From: Arenicellales bacterium
GTDB lineage: Bacteria > Pseudomonadota > Gammaproteobacteria > Arenicellales > JAJDZL01
Direction: 5' to 3'
Length of the DNA: 64,000 nucleotides
Assembly (NCBI GenBank): GCA_963664525.1
Contig: OY761535.1
Coordinates: 975,314-1,039,313, forward strand
The notes beneath the pieces were generated by a model that saw only the letters and a program-made list of their open reading frames with translations, was not told the origin of the DNA and ran no database searches. Of this stretch, positions 24,932 to 34,460 are shown in pieces (position 1 is the stretch's first letter; every line of letters starts with the position of its first letter). Both the position numbers and the translations under genes were made by a program.

Positions 24932-25965
24932 AATCTCGCATTTCAATCACACTGGTTCTCATCGCACTGACTTTGGCTGCTGTTGCTTATTTGGTCATCA
25001 ATACCCAAAATCGTGTCAGTAATGTCGTCGACCATGGATTACTTTTACCTGACTTAATCGACCAACTCAATGATATTGCTGAAATTCAAATTAACAGTTC
25101 GCAGCACACCTCCCATTTGATGCTCGACGATGGCGACTGGTTGCTTAGTGAATTTGAAAATTACCCTGCACGCTCTGATCTTGTTTCGAATTTTCTTGTC
25201 GGATTGGCGCAATTGCGGCTAATTGAACCCAAAACAAACGATCCAAGCAAATTTGATGCGCTGGATCTCGCCGGACCAGATGTCGATAACTCTTCGACTC
25301 TTCAAGTGAGTCTGCTGACAAAAGACGGTCAGAATTTAGTTAATCTGTTCATTGGCAAAAGACGTCAATCCTTACAAAACATTCTAAAGTCTGAGCTATA
25401 CCTTAGAAAGCCTTCTGAAAATCAGACCTGGCTTGCGCAAAGCGCTCTGTCGATTCCCTCAAATTCAATAGACTGGTTAGATACCGAAATTATCAATTTG
25501 GATGAACGAATTGACCAGGTCTCGATTCAGCCTCATGGAAAACTCCCATACATGCTAGCGAGAGAGCCAGCCGATGTCGAAAATTTTTATTTGGTTGACT
25601 TGCCAGAAAATCATAAAATTCGCTATCGATTCAGACTCAATGACATTGGAGAGTTTTTCCGCCGTTTAAAATTTGAAGACGTAAAGCAATATGCAAAAGA
25701 GGTTACGGGCGCCACGATAATCGCCCGAACAAGCGATGGCCTAGAAATCTCCGCTAAGTTTGGACAAGGCGAGTTAAGTTACTTTGCTCAGTTTAGTGCC
25801 GTTGCTACCGACGATGCAACATCAGTTACAAAAAATGAAGCCAGGGAATTGAATCGTCAATGGTCGGGATGGCTGTATAGAGTCTCGGATGTTCGTCGTG
25901 AAATCGCTAACTTGACGTTTGACGACTTGATTGAACCGGTGAACGGCAATATCCAAACAAATTAA
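24865..25965 (+). CDS. DUF4340-like protein that usually follows GldG-type genes
   Basis: Single N-terminal TM (ISITLVLIALTLAAVAYLV) and position directly after the GldG-like gene. The true start may be TTG 24928 rather than ATG 24865, which overlaps the upstream gene by 67 nt. Confidence 0.55.
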   Translation: MYHWRSQTRSQTCTQCFCKPALKSRISITLVLIALTLAAVAYLVINTQNRVSNVVDHGLLLPDLIDQLNDIAEIQINSSQHTSHLMLDDGDWLLSEFENYPARSDLVSNFLVGLAQLRLIEPKTNDPSKFDALDLAGPDVDNSSTLQVSLLTKDGQNLVNLFIGKRRQSLQNILKSELYLRKPSENQTWLAQSALSIPSNSIDWLDTEIINLDERIDQVSIQPHGKLPYMLAREPADVENFYLVDLPENHKIRYRFRLNDIGEFFRRLKFEDVKQYAKEVTGATIIARTSDGLEISAKFGQGELSYFAQFSAVATDDATSVTKNEARELNRQWSGWLYRVSDVRREIANLTFDDLIEPVNGNIQTN

Positions 25966-25995
25966 GATTTATCGCTGCTATCGGGAGAGATTGGC

Positions 25996-27672
25996 ATGGC
26001 AAATTTAAACAAAATCAGTGCACGACTGACTCAGAACAAATCACAAGGCGCTTCCCAGGCAATGCTGTATGGAACCGGGATGACCGAGGCTGATATGCAA
26101 AAGCCCCAGATCGGAATCGCTAGTATTTGGTGGGAAGGCAATACCTGTAACATGCACCTCAACGATTTGGCCACTGAATCCAAAAAAGGAGTCGACGAGG
26201 CTGGTTTGCTTGGAATGCGATTTAACACCATTGGTGTCAGTGATGGCATATCGATGGGTACCGAAGGAATGAGTTATTCACTGCAGTCTCGAGATCTCAT
26301 CGCAGATTCCATAGAAACAGTGGTCGCCGGACAATGGTACGACGGACTGATTACGATCCCGGGTTGTGACAAAAATATGCCAGGCTGTCTGATGGCGATG
26401 GGACGATTAAATCGACCATCGCTGATGATTTACGGCGGCACCATTCGGGCAGGATATGCCGGATCTACAAAAGTCGATATCGTATCCGCGTTTCAAAGCT
26501 ATGGCGAGTACATTGCCGGTAGAATTGATGATCAAAAGCGCATGGACATTGTGCGAAACGCCTGTCCTGGTGCGGGTGCCTGCGGGGGAATGTACACCGC
26601 CAACACGATGGCAAGTGCTATCGAAGTAATGGGCATGTCGCTACCCTATAGTTCTTCTACCCCGGCAATTGATCCAGGAAAAATTAAAGAGTGTCACGAT
26701 GCCGGTCGCGCACTTCACAATTTGATGGAACTCGAATTGCTGCCCACTCAGATCATGACCCGCGAGGCCTTTGAAAATGCCATGGTCATTGTCAGCGTGT
26801 TGGGCGGGTCGACTAATGCGGTGTTGCATCTGATTGCAATGGCCCGGTCGGTTGATGTGTCATTAACCATTGATGATTTCCAAGCAGTCAGCGATAGAAC
26901 GCCATTTTTGGCAGACTTAAAGCCTAGCGGTCAGTACGTGATGGAAGATCTGCACGACGTCGGAGGCATACCAGCGGTGATGAAATTCCTGCTCAACGAA
27001 GGCATGATCAATGGCGATTGCTTGACCGTCACCGGTAAAAGTGTCGCGGAGAATCTTGCTGATATCAACCCCATTGATACCGACCAGGATATTATCCACT
27101 CGCTCGATAATCCAATTAAGACAAGCAGCCATATTCAAATTCTCAAGGGAAATCTGGCCCCTGGAGGATCTGTGGCAAAAATCACCGGAAAAGAAGGTGA
27201 GCAGTTTAGTGGGCCAGCGCGTGTTTTCGATGCTGAGGAAGACATGCTTACTGCGCTGGAGCAGGGCAAAATTATTAAAGGAGATGTCATTGTCATACGT
27301 TACGAAGGCCCGATGGGTGGCCCTGGCATGCCCGAGATGCTTACGCCGACTTCAGCGGTGATGGGGGCTGGAATGGGATCCGATGTCGCATTGATCACCG
27401 ATGGGCGCTTTTCCGGAGGCTCACATGGATTTATCGTCGGTCACATCGTTCCTGAAGCACAGCAGGGCGGTCCTATAGGACTTTTGGAAGATGGCGATAT
27501 GATTACGATTGATGCGATCAACAATCGAATTGACGTTGACTTAACCGATGCTGAGCTCGAAATCAGAAGGTCAAATTGGATAAAACCTGCCTACAAGGCA
27601 AAAAAGGGTACGCTATACCGCTACATCAAGACTGTCAAGAATGCTAGTGAAGGATGTGTAACGGACGAATAG
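25996..27672 (+). CDS. ilvD: dihydroxy-acid dehydratase
   Basis: 558 aa. [32 protein letters not shown] and [14 protein letters not shown] motifs. Confidence 0.93.
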   Translation: MANLNKISARLTQNKSQGASQAMLYGTGMTEADMQKPQIGIASIWWEGNTCNMHLNDLATESKKGVDEAGLLGMRFNTIGVSDGISMGTEGMSYSLQSRDLIADSIETVVAGQWYDGLITIPGCDKNMPGCLMAMGRLNRPSLMIYGGTIRAGYAGSTKVDIVSAFQSYGEYIAGRIDDQKRMDIVRNACPGAGACGGMYTANTMASAIEVMGMSLPYSSSTPAIDPGKIKECHDAGRALHNLMELELLPTQIMTREAFENAMVIVSVLGGSTNAVLHLIAMARSVDVSLTIDDFQAVSDRTPFLADLKPSGQYVMEDLHDVGGIPAVMKFLLNEGMINGDCLTVTGKSVAENLADINPIDTDQDIIHSLDNPIKTSSHIQILKGNLAPGGSVAKITGKEGEQFSGPARVFDAEEDMLTALEQGKIIKGDVIVIRYEGPMGGPGMPEMLTPTSAVMGAGMGSDVALITDGRFSGGSHGFIVGHIVPEAQQGGPIGLLEDGDMITIDAINNRIDVDLTDAELEIRRSNWIKPAYKAKKGTLYRYIKTVKNASEGCVTDE

Positions 27673-27679
27673 CGTGTCG

Positions 27680-28822
27680 TTACTGGCAATTGCGCTCTTC
27701 GATCAAGTTGTCGATCGCCTTTCGAAGTTCAGGAAGAATTTCGTGATAACGAAAAGCACCGACTTTTTGCTCACCCTTTTTGAGATTGACGAAATTCGGG
27801 CCGCACCATAATCCAAGATCTGCGTCGTCCGTTTCACCTGGGCCGTTGACTCGACAACCCATCACAGCGATGGTAATCGCCTCGTCATGGATGTCTTCAG
27901 TTAGTTCCTTCACCTGCCTGGCTAGGTCAATAAATGCCTCATTTTCAACACGGGAGCAACTTGGACAGGAAATTATGTTCAGCCGATCTGGATCAAAGCG
28001 GACGACTGATCGAACTCGTCCTGCAGCGAAATCTTCCAAGATTTCGCTGCCCGCAACGATCTCTTTGTATTTGTCAACTTCAGGCAAAGTTAAAGACACC
28101 CGGATCGTATCTCCTATGCCTTGAGCAAAAAGTTGCTCAAACGCGATGCGGGTTTTAATGACGCCGTCAGGTGGCATGCCGGCTTCCGTTACGCCAAGAT
28201 GCAAAGGAATGTCAGGTCGTTGAGAGGCAAACTTTGCATTGGCTTCGATGACCCGGTCAGGACGTGAACTTTTTAGTGACACACAATACCGGGTAAACCC
28301 CATTTTTTCCAGTATTTCACTGTGCTCTAAAGCACTGGCAACCATTGGAGAAACGGCATCGTCTTCTTGAAAAAGATGTTTTTTATCAGGATCAACTGAA
28401 CCGGAATTCACACCGACTCGAATCGCACAATCATGTTCACTGGCAATGTCTACCAAAAATCGAACTTTGTCCTCGATCGATTTTTTCCTTTCATGATGAT
28501 ATAGATGGCCAGGGTTATATCGAATCTTGTCAACATACCTGGCCACAGGTGCAGCCAGACGGTAGTTTTCCTGCAAATCAACAGACAAATTCGCATCACA
28601 GAGATCTCGAATGATTTCGAGCGCCTGGGCATCGCGTTTGTTATCGACCGCAATCCTGACAATGACAGCACCAGCTTTGCTCAGTTTCGTTGCCTGGCGT
28701 GCGGTTGCCTCAGCATCAGCGGTATGTGTTGTGCACATGCTTTGCACTACAATCGGATTGCCATCGCCGATCACCGTATTGCCAATCGCAACTTTTCGGG
28801 TCTGATTTCGTTTAACTTTCAC
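27680..28822 (-). CDS. ispG: (E)-4-hydroxy-3-methylbut-2-enyl-diphosphate synthase
   Basis: [35 protein letters not shown] and [11 protein letters not shown] motifs. Confidence 0.93.
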   Translation of the reverse strand: MKVKRNQTRKVAIGNTVIGDGNPIVVQSMCTTHTADAEATARQATKLSKAGAVIVRIAVDNKRDAQALEIIRDLCDANLSVDLQENYRLAAPVARYVDKIRYNPGHLYHHERKKSIEDKVRFLVDIASEHDCAIRVGVNSGSVDPDKKHLFQEDDAVSPMVASALEHSEILEKMGFTRYCVSLKSSRPDRVIEANAKFASQRPDIPLHLGVTEAGMPPDGVIKTRIAFEQLFAQGIGDTIRVSLTLPEVDKYKEIVAGSEILEDFAAGRVRSVVRFDPDRLNIISCPSCSRVENEAFIDLARQVKELTEDIHDEAITIAVMGCRVNGPGETDDADLGLWCGPNFVNLKKGEQKVGAFRYHEILPELRKAIDNLIEERNCQ

Positions 28823-28951
28823 GTGAAATACATTCTCAAAGATCAGGTTTGCTGCAGTCGATCAATGACAGCGCAGTAAACAATCAGAGCATTATTTATA
28901 ATCAATATCAATGATATAAGAATCTTCCTGTCATTCAGGAATTAATTGAAA

Positions 28952-29905
28952 ATGAAAGGTTCAATTTTACTACAGTGTTTAACTTCTGGTAAGCCTACCA
29001 GTGTTCGGCATCTAGCCGATGTCTGCAAGCGACCTGATAAAGAGATTGAAAGCACTCGCGACAGGCTGATCGAAATGGGTTTGCCAATCGTTCGTACAAC
29101 ACCCGATGTGATGAAACTTTCGTTTGCCGTTGTCCCACTTGAACCGGAGCAGATATCGAAAGCTGTCTTGGAATTTGACGTTGATTTAGCGAATCGAATC
29201 GAATTTTTCGATGAGATCGATTCAACCAATCAATACCTGATGAAACTGCCGCTTTCGCAACTTCAGCATAAACAGATTTGTCTTGCAGAGTACATGACCG
29301 AAGGGCGGGGCAGACGACGTCGAAAGTGGCATAGCGGTGCCTATCAGAATGTAATTTTATCGATGGCCTGGCAATTCGAATCGCCAAGCAGTCAGTTAAC
29401 AGGTCTGAGTCTTGCCGTTGCAGTGATGATTGTGCATTGTCTAAAATCTATGACAGATGCGCCATTCAAATTGAAATGGCCGAACGATATTTTGGTTCAT
29501 AATCGAAAACTAAGTGGAATTCTAATTGAAATTCGTGAGGGTTTCGTCATCATCGGTATTGGGATCAATTGCAATATGACATCGGCACAAAGAAAAGCGA
29601 TTGATCAACCGGTCACATCACTCGACGTACTCTTGGAGCAAGAAGTGAATCGCAATCTATTGATACCAAGACTCCTATTTGAACTGACTCAAGGATTGGA
29701 AAAATATTTTGACATTGGGTTCGAACCCTTTCGTGAACAGTGGGTCCGTTTGCATGCGTTTCAGGGCAAGCGAGTCCGTATCGATGGAACACCTGTCCGA
29801 GAGGGGTTTGCACAGGGCATCGATAATTCGGGGGCACTGACCATCAAACTCGATACCGGCGAAGTCATGTCGATTCATTCCGGTGACGTGCGCGCAGTTT
29901 CCTGA
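28952..29905 (+). CDS. birA: bifunctional biotin-[acetyl-CoA-carboxylase] ligase / biotin operon repressor
   Basis: N-terminal HTH region and GRGRRRRKW (the GRGRxGRxW biotin-ligase motif), followed by LKWPNDIL. ATG 28952 is preferred to TTG 28946. Confidence 0.88.
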   Translation: MKGSILLQCLTSGKPTSVRHLADVCKRPDKEIESTRDRLIEMGLPIVRTTPDVMKLSFAVVPLEPEQISKAVLEFDVDLANRIEFFDEIDSTNQYLMKLPLSQLQHKQICLAEYMTEGRGRRRRKWHSGAYQNVILSMAWQFESPSSQLTGLSLAVAVMIVHCLKSMTDAPFKLKWPNDILVHNRKLSGILIEIREGFVIIGIGINCNMTSAQRKAIDQPVTSLDVLLEQEVNRNLLIPRLLFELTQGLEKYFDIGFEPFREQWVRLHAFQGKRVRIDGTPVREGFAQGIDNSGALTIKLDTGEVMSIHSGDVRAVS

Positions 29906-30020
29906 TCACTGTGCTAATTGTGCATGACTGAATTTCAGATGATTGGGTGTCGATGTCGCTCTTTGACTTGAATCTTGTTCACAATTTCAAAAATTCCACA
30001 AACAAAGGAGAATTGCAACA

Positions 30021-30824
30021 ATGAAACTGAGCGAAACTCAAATTGAGCAGTTTCATCAAGACGGCTACCTAATTCTGCCAGACCTGTTTGATGAAGTAGA
30101 AGTTAAGGTGCTGCAAGATGCTGCAGACACAGTTTACAGTCTTGATCGAGAAGAAGTTTTTCGAGAAAGCGATGCGAAAACTGCCCGCACCGCGTTTGCA
30201 GCCCATACGTACAACGAAGCGTTCTGTCGGCTAGGGCGCCACCCGCGTCTGATTGAACCCGTCGAACAGCTACTGGGCGGCAAGGTGTACATGCATCAAT
30301 ACAAAGTCAATGCCAAAGCCGCGTTTACCGGTGAAGTTTGGCAGTGGCATCAGGATTACGGAACCTGGTCTCGCGATGATTTGATGCCTGAACCGAGAGC
30401 TATGAACATTGCGCTTTATGTCAATGAAGCTGTGGAATTCAACGGTCCATTGTGGATGATTCCCGGTTCGCACAAGCAAGGGGTATTTGAGGCCGGTCAC
30501 GATTTACAAACCACAAGTTACCCCTTGTGGACTTTGGACAAAAAGACAATTACCCGACTGGTTGATGATGGAGGAATCGTTTCAGCCAAGTTAAAGGCAG
30601 GCAGTGTCTTGATGTTTTACAGTACACTCGTTCACTGCTCACCTCCGAATCTATCTCCCTGGCCGCGAACCATTGTGTACCTGTCACTGTGCCATGTAGA
30701 CAACCATATAAGACGATTCAAGCGTCCCGAATGGATCGCTCACCGCGACTTTACTCCCATCGAATGTTTACCTGATAATTGCCTGCGGCAACTCGTACTG
30801 GATGAGATTGAAGTTTCTCTTTAG
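30021..30824 (+). CDS. Fe(II)/2-oxoglutarate-dependent dioxygenase, PhyH family (ectoine-hydroxylase-like signature)
   Basis: FHQDGYLILPDLF, then WQWHQDYGTWSRDDLMPEPRAMNIALYVNEAVEFNGPLWMIPGSHK. This resembles the EctD signature region (WHSDFETWH...NGPLMxxPGSH). Confidence 0.75.
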   Translation: MKLSETQIEQFHQDGYLILPDLFDEVEVKVLQDAADTVYSLDREEVFRESDAKTARTAFAAHTYNEAFCRLGRHPRLIEPVEQLLGGKVYMHQYKVNAKAAFTGEVWQWHQDYGTWSRDDLMPEPRAMNIALYVNEAVEFNGPLWMIPGSHKQGVFEAGHDLQTTSYPLWTLDKKTITRLVDDGGIVSAKLKAGSVLMFYSTLVHCSPPNLSPWPRTIVYLSLCHVDNHIRRFKRPEWIAHRDFTPIECLPDNCLRQLVLDEIEVSL

Positions 30825-31005
30825 ACAATACTTCATACTGATAATCGAGCGAAAATTATCAGCTTCGGCGGCGGTCAGCCAGGATCGATTTCAACTGCGA
30901 CTGTTCACCATGTAAGGAAGGCGCCAAATCTCAGGGCCTTTCGAAACAATTTTGGAGAAACAGACGGATTTGCGCTGTCAAACCCCAGTCAGAGCAATGG
31001 TTTAG

Positions 31006-31404
31006 AGAAGTGTCGAAAAAACCTTCCCTCAACAAACAGCTGATTTGAAGGCTTTGAGTCGTTATCTGACCAGCATACTGGAACTATTGGCACAGCGAGA
31101 CTATCTGAAAGAGAGGTTTGAGCAACTGTGCGAACAATTGCGGGTGGTGCTGGATTTTGGATGCTACCTGGCCTACGACGGAAAAGCAATCCAGAGTCTC
31201 ATTCCACCGGTCGGGTGAACCAGAAAAGCGGTTAGCAGTTCGGGTTCGGATGTCACCTGGGGCAAACATGAGAGCAAAGGCGTTGACCAAAAGGGCTTTG
31301 CCTGGAACAAAGTCAAAGAACGGTTTGGATTTCGCTTGCATGCTGTTGTGGATTCAGTGAATTGGTGTATCGCAACGTTGCTGCAAGGGCTGGACGCGTC
31401 TTGA
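31006..31404 (+). pseudogene. internal fragment of an IS4-like DDE transposase gene (no N- or C-terminus, one in-frame TGA)
   Basis: A single frame reads ...LKALSRYLTSILELLAQRDYLKERFEQLCEQLRVVLDFGCYLAYDGKAIQSLIPPVG*TRKAVSSSGSDVTWGKHESKGVDQKGFAWNKVKERFGFRLHAVVDS.... The D(G/T)xxI, DxxWGxK and FG(F/Y)(R/K)LHxxVD patterns are typical of DDE_Tnp_1 transposases. TGA lies at 31216-31218. Confidence 0.55.
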
Positions 31405-31572
31405 TACCGGTAAAATTGACAGAAATATAGAAAAACCGCGTTTCAGACAAAAAGTTCAACGCGATTGGCTTGGTTGAAAGCCTGAGGAAAGTGACTTATG
31501 CCTCGTCAGTGCCCTGGCGAACCGACAAGTCGGCGTGGCTGGCCGCTAAAATGGCGCGTTATAATTGCTTTT

Positions 31573-31848
31573 ATGAGTATTGTTTATTCCACATCTGAAG
31601 CCAAAGCGAAGTTTTCGGAGGTGCTAAGTCTGGTACGCTCTGGCAAGACCATTCAGGTTGCTTACCATGGGGAACCCGTAGCTGAAATCCGACCCATTGA
31701 AGAAAGAAAATTGTCCAATGATGAACGCTTAGAAAAGCTCCGAATACGTGGTGTGTATCTTCCTGCCAAGTCCCCGCTATTCCCATTCAAGGCGGTTATT
31801 CATCGACCGGGTGCTCTGCAACGATTTCTAGATGACCGCAACCCGTGA
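31573..31848 (+). CDS. type II toxin-antitoxin system Phd/YefM-family antitoxin
   Basis: MSIVYSTSEAKAKFSEVLSLVRSGKTIQVAYHGEPVAEIRPI... is the classic Phd/YefM N-terminus. The C-terminal GALQRFLDDR tail is as in VapB-type partners of VapC. The ORF-track start at 31498 adds 25 unlikely residues. Confidence 0.8.
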   Translation: MSIVYSTSEAKAKFSEVLSLVRSGKTIQVAYHGEPVAEIRPIEERKLSNDERLEKLRIRGVYLPAKSPLFPFKAVIHRPGALQRFLDDRNP

Positions 31849-31898
31849 ATTCGGTTTACATTGATCCCAACTATCTCGAAAACGAGTGTATTGTGTAG
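31845..31898 (+). pseudogene. 17-codon stub where the cognate PIN/VapC toxin gene would start
   Basis: The GTG overlaps the antitoxin stop (GTGA), as in intact vapBC pairs. It reads VNSVYIDPNYLENECIV* and then stops. The assignment as vapC rests mainly on position. Confidence 0.3.
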
Positions 31899-32077
31899 TC
31901 GCAGGCAACGAAATTAACTTACCAGCCATTACTTCATCTATTGTTTCTCAAACAATTCAATTGATCACTCTATCCATCTAGCATAAATTTGCTCTGGGTA
32001 CAAATTCACGCTCACCTTTCGAAAAATATTCCCGAATCGATCTTCAGATTTATCATAATCTTTACATCCTGCGCTGA

Positions 32078-32153
<76 letters not shown>

Positions 32154-32215
32154 TAAATCACAAGCGATCTAGTCGCTGACTATCACATAACCAAAATAAT
32201 GACGGAGAAAGAATA

Positions 32216-33373
32216 ATGAAACTGAAACGACTGGCCTCCTCGATACTCGCCTGTGCAATGTTTGCAACAGCGGGTCTTTCCGCGGAAATGAAAACTGAAA
32301 TCGGCCCCGGTGAAGGCGCAATCGATATTGTTGCCTGGCCCGGCTACATCGAACGTGGCGAAACGGTTGCAGAGTTCGATTGGGTAACAAAATTTGAGGA
32401 AGCAACAGGCTGCGAGGTACGCGTCAAAACTGCGAATACTTCCGACGAAATGGTCGCACTGATGAACGAAGGTGGCTTCGATTTGGTAACAGCCTCTGGT
32501 GATGCTTCACTTCGACTCATTGCCGGCAAGCGAGTACAGCCGGTCAACATCGATTTAATCCCCAGTTGGGACACCGTCGATGATCGACTGAAAAACGCTC
32601 CCTGGCACACTGTGGACGGGGTTCACTACGGAACGCCATATATGTGGGGTCCAAATGTGCTGATGTATAACACTGACGTATTTCCTGAACCACCAACAAG
32701 CTGGAACGTCGTGTTTGAAGAAATGATGTTGCCGGATGGCAAATCCAACAAAGGGCGCGTACAAGCGTACGATGGACCCATACACGTGGCGGATGCAGCG
32801 TTGTACCTCATGTATCACAAGCCTGAACTTGGCATAGCCAACCCTTATGAACTCAATGCCGATCAGTATGCTGAAGCACTCGACGTGCTTCGAGGTCAAA
32901 GAAAAATTGTTGGACGCTACTGGCACAATGCTTTCATTCAAATGGATGATTTCAAGAACGAAGGCGTGGTTGCCTCCGGTTCTTGGCCGTTTCAGGTCAA
33001 CTTGCTCAAGGCCGATGGTCAGCCCATCGATTCGGTCATCCCGGTTGAAGGGGCCACCGGCTGGTCCGATACGACTATGATGCACGTCGATGCAGAGCAT
33101 CCGAACTGTGCTTACATGTGGATGGAACATACCCTGTCGTCCAATTTGCAAAGTGATCTGTCAGTGTGGTTTGGTGCAGTGCCGCCTGTGATTGCAGCTT
33201 GTACGGATGGACGCGGAATGCAGACCGCAGAAGGCTGTCAAACCAATGGCCTGGGTGACTTTGACAAGATCAAATTTTGGACTACACCGGTCAGTCGCTG
33301 TCCCAGTCAAGGCGAATGTGTGCCGTACTATCGCTGGGTTTCTGACTATATCGGCGTCATTGGCGGTCGCTAG
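32216..33373 (+). CDS. ABC transporter periplasmic substrate-binding protein, PotD/PotF/YdcS (polyamine-type) family
   Basis: Signal peptide MKLKRLASSILACAMFATAGLSA. 385 aa. It heads an SBP-ATPase-permease-permease operon whose sizes (385/330/313/268 aa) parallel E. coli YdcSTUV. Confidence 0.8.
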   Translation: MKLKRLASSILACAMFATAGLSAEMKTEIGPGEGAIDIVAWPGYIERGETVAEFDWVTKFEEATGCEVRVKTANTSDEMVALMNEGGFDLVTASGDASLRLIAGKRVQPVNIDLIPSWDTVDDRLKNAPWHTVDGVHYGTPYMWGPNVLMYNTDVFPEPPTSWNVVFEEMMLPDGKSNKGRVQAYDGPIHVADAALYLMYHKPELGIANPYELNADQYAEALDVLRGQRKIVGRYWHNAFIQMDDFKNEGVVASGSWPFQVNLLKADGQPIDSVIPVEGATGWSDTTMMHVDAEHPNCAYMWMEHTLSSNLQSDLSVWFGAVPPVIAACTDGRGMQTAEGCQTNGLGDFDKIKFWTTPVSRCPSQGECVPYYRWVSDYIGVIGGR

Positions 33374-33402
33374 TCCCTGATCCTGCTTTGAATCGTCTTA
33401 CA

Positions 33403-33448
33403 CTGCTGCCCGGCAGCCATCATCGCCGGGCAGCAGTCGTTTTGTTTT
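33403..33448 (+). terminator. Rho-independent terminator/attenuator between the SBP and ATPase genes
   Basis: Perfect 12-bp GC-rich stem CTGCTGCCCGGC / GCCGGGCAGCAG, a 10-nt loop, then TCGTTTTGTTTT. Confidence 0.65.
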
Positions 33449-33467
33449 ACATATCCATTCTTAATCG

Positions 33468-34460
33468 ATGGTCGTTGCGGTCAAATTTGATAATGTCTCG
33501 CGTCACTTCGACACCGACATTGCAGTAGACGGAATCAATCTGGAAATCCTGGAAGGTGAGTTTTTCGCCATGCTCGGTCCATCCGGTTCTGGCAAAACAA
33601 CTTGTCTCAGATTGATTTCTGGCATCGATCGACCAACGCAAGGCCATATTGAAGTTTTCGGCGTCCGTTCAGAAAACGTTCCTCCTAATCGGCGACCGAT
33701 CAACACCGTATTCCAGGACTACGCCTTGTTTCCGCATCTGAAGGTGTTGGACAACGTCGCCTACGGACTTCTGGTCAAAGGAGTGTCGAAACCTGAGCGT
33801 TATCGCGAGGCTCAAGCCTTGCTGGAACTCGTTAAACTAGACGGCTTTGGTGAGCGCATGCCGGCACAACTGTCCGGCGGACAGCGACAGCGAGTTGCAC
33901 TGGCAAGGGCATTGATTAATAAACCCAACGTGCTGCTTCTGGACGAGCCACTCGGTGCGCTGGATCTTAAATTGCGTGAACAGATGCAAGACGAGCTTAA
34001 GTCTTTGCAACAAACCATTGGAATTACATTTGTTTTCGTTACTCACGACCAAGGTGAAGCCTTGTCAATGTCAGATCGAATCGCCATCATTAACGAAGGC
34101 AAGGTGGTGCAGGTGGGGACACCCCAGCAGATCTATCAAACCCCGCGTACCCGTTTCGTCGCCCACTTCGTTGGCTCGTCCAATGTATTGTCACCTCAAT
34201 TGAGTGCGCTGTGCAATGGCATTGAAGGCTGGTCAAGTTTGCGTCCTGAAACCATCACGGTGGCAGGTGCAGGACACGGGCGAATCGACGGCATATTGAA
34301 GTCAGTTCGCTATCTGGGTGCGTCAAACTCAGTTACCGTAACCGTAGAAAATTATGAAATAACCGCACTGGTCAGCGCAACCGCTCCAGTCGCGCCGATT
34401 GGAACACCAGTATCGCTGGACTGGCCGGCAGATGCTCAGCACCCGATGGATGCCCAGTGA
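33468..34460 (+). CDS. ABC transporter ATP-binding protein (PotA/YdcT-like)
   Basis: GPSGSGKTT (Walker A), LSGGQRQRVALARAL (signature), LLLDEPLGALD (Walker B), VTHDQ. Confidence 0.9.
   Translation: MVVAVKFDNVSRHFDTDIAVDGINLEILEGEFFAMLGPSGSGKTTCLRLISGIDRPTQGHIEVFGVRSENVPPNRRPINTVFQDYALFPHLKVLDNVAYGLLVKGVSKPERYREAQALLELVKLDGFGERMPAQLSGGQRQRVALARALINKPNVLLLDEPLGALDLKLREQMQDELKSLQQTIGITFVFVTHDQGEALSMSDRIAIINEGKVVQVGTPQQIYQTPRTRFVAHFVGSSNVLSPQLSALCNGIEGWSSLRPETITVAGAGHGRIDGILKSVRYLGASNSVTVTVENYEITALVSATAPVAPIGTPVSLDWPADAQHPMDAQ

Noticed and set aside
31498-31572. Upstream 25-codon extension of the antitoxin ORF (MPRQCPGEPTSRRGWPLKWRVIIAF)
   Set aside because: Phd/YefM antitoxins begin at the MSIVYSTSEAKAKFSEVL-type N-terminus, and the extension is Arg/Pro-rich and non-homologous. 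Comparable upstream extensions were trimmed for rplL (40775), the FKBP isomerase (18601), rpsQ (58255) and secE (38112).
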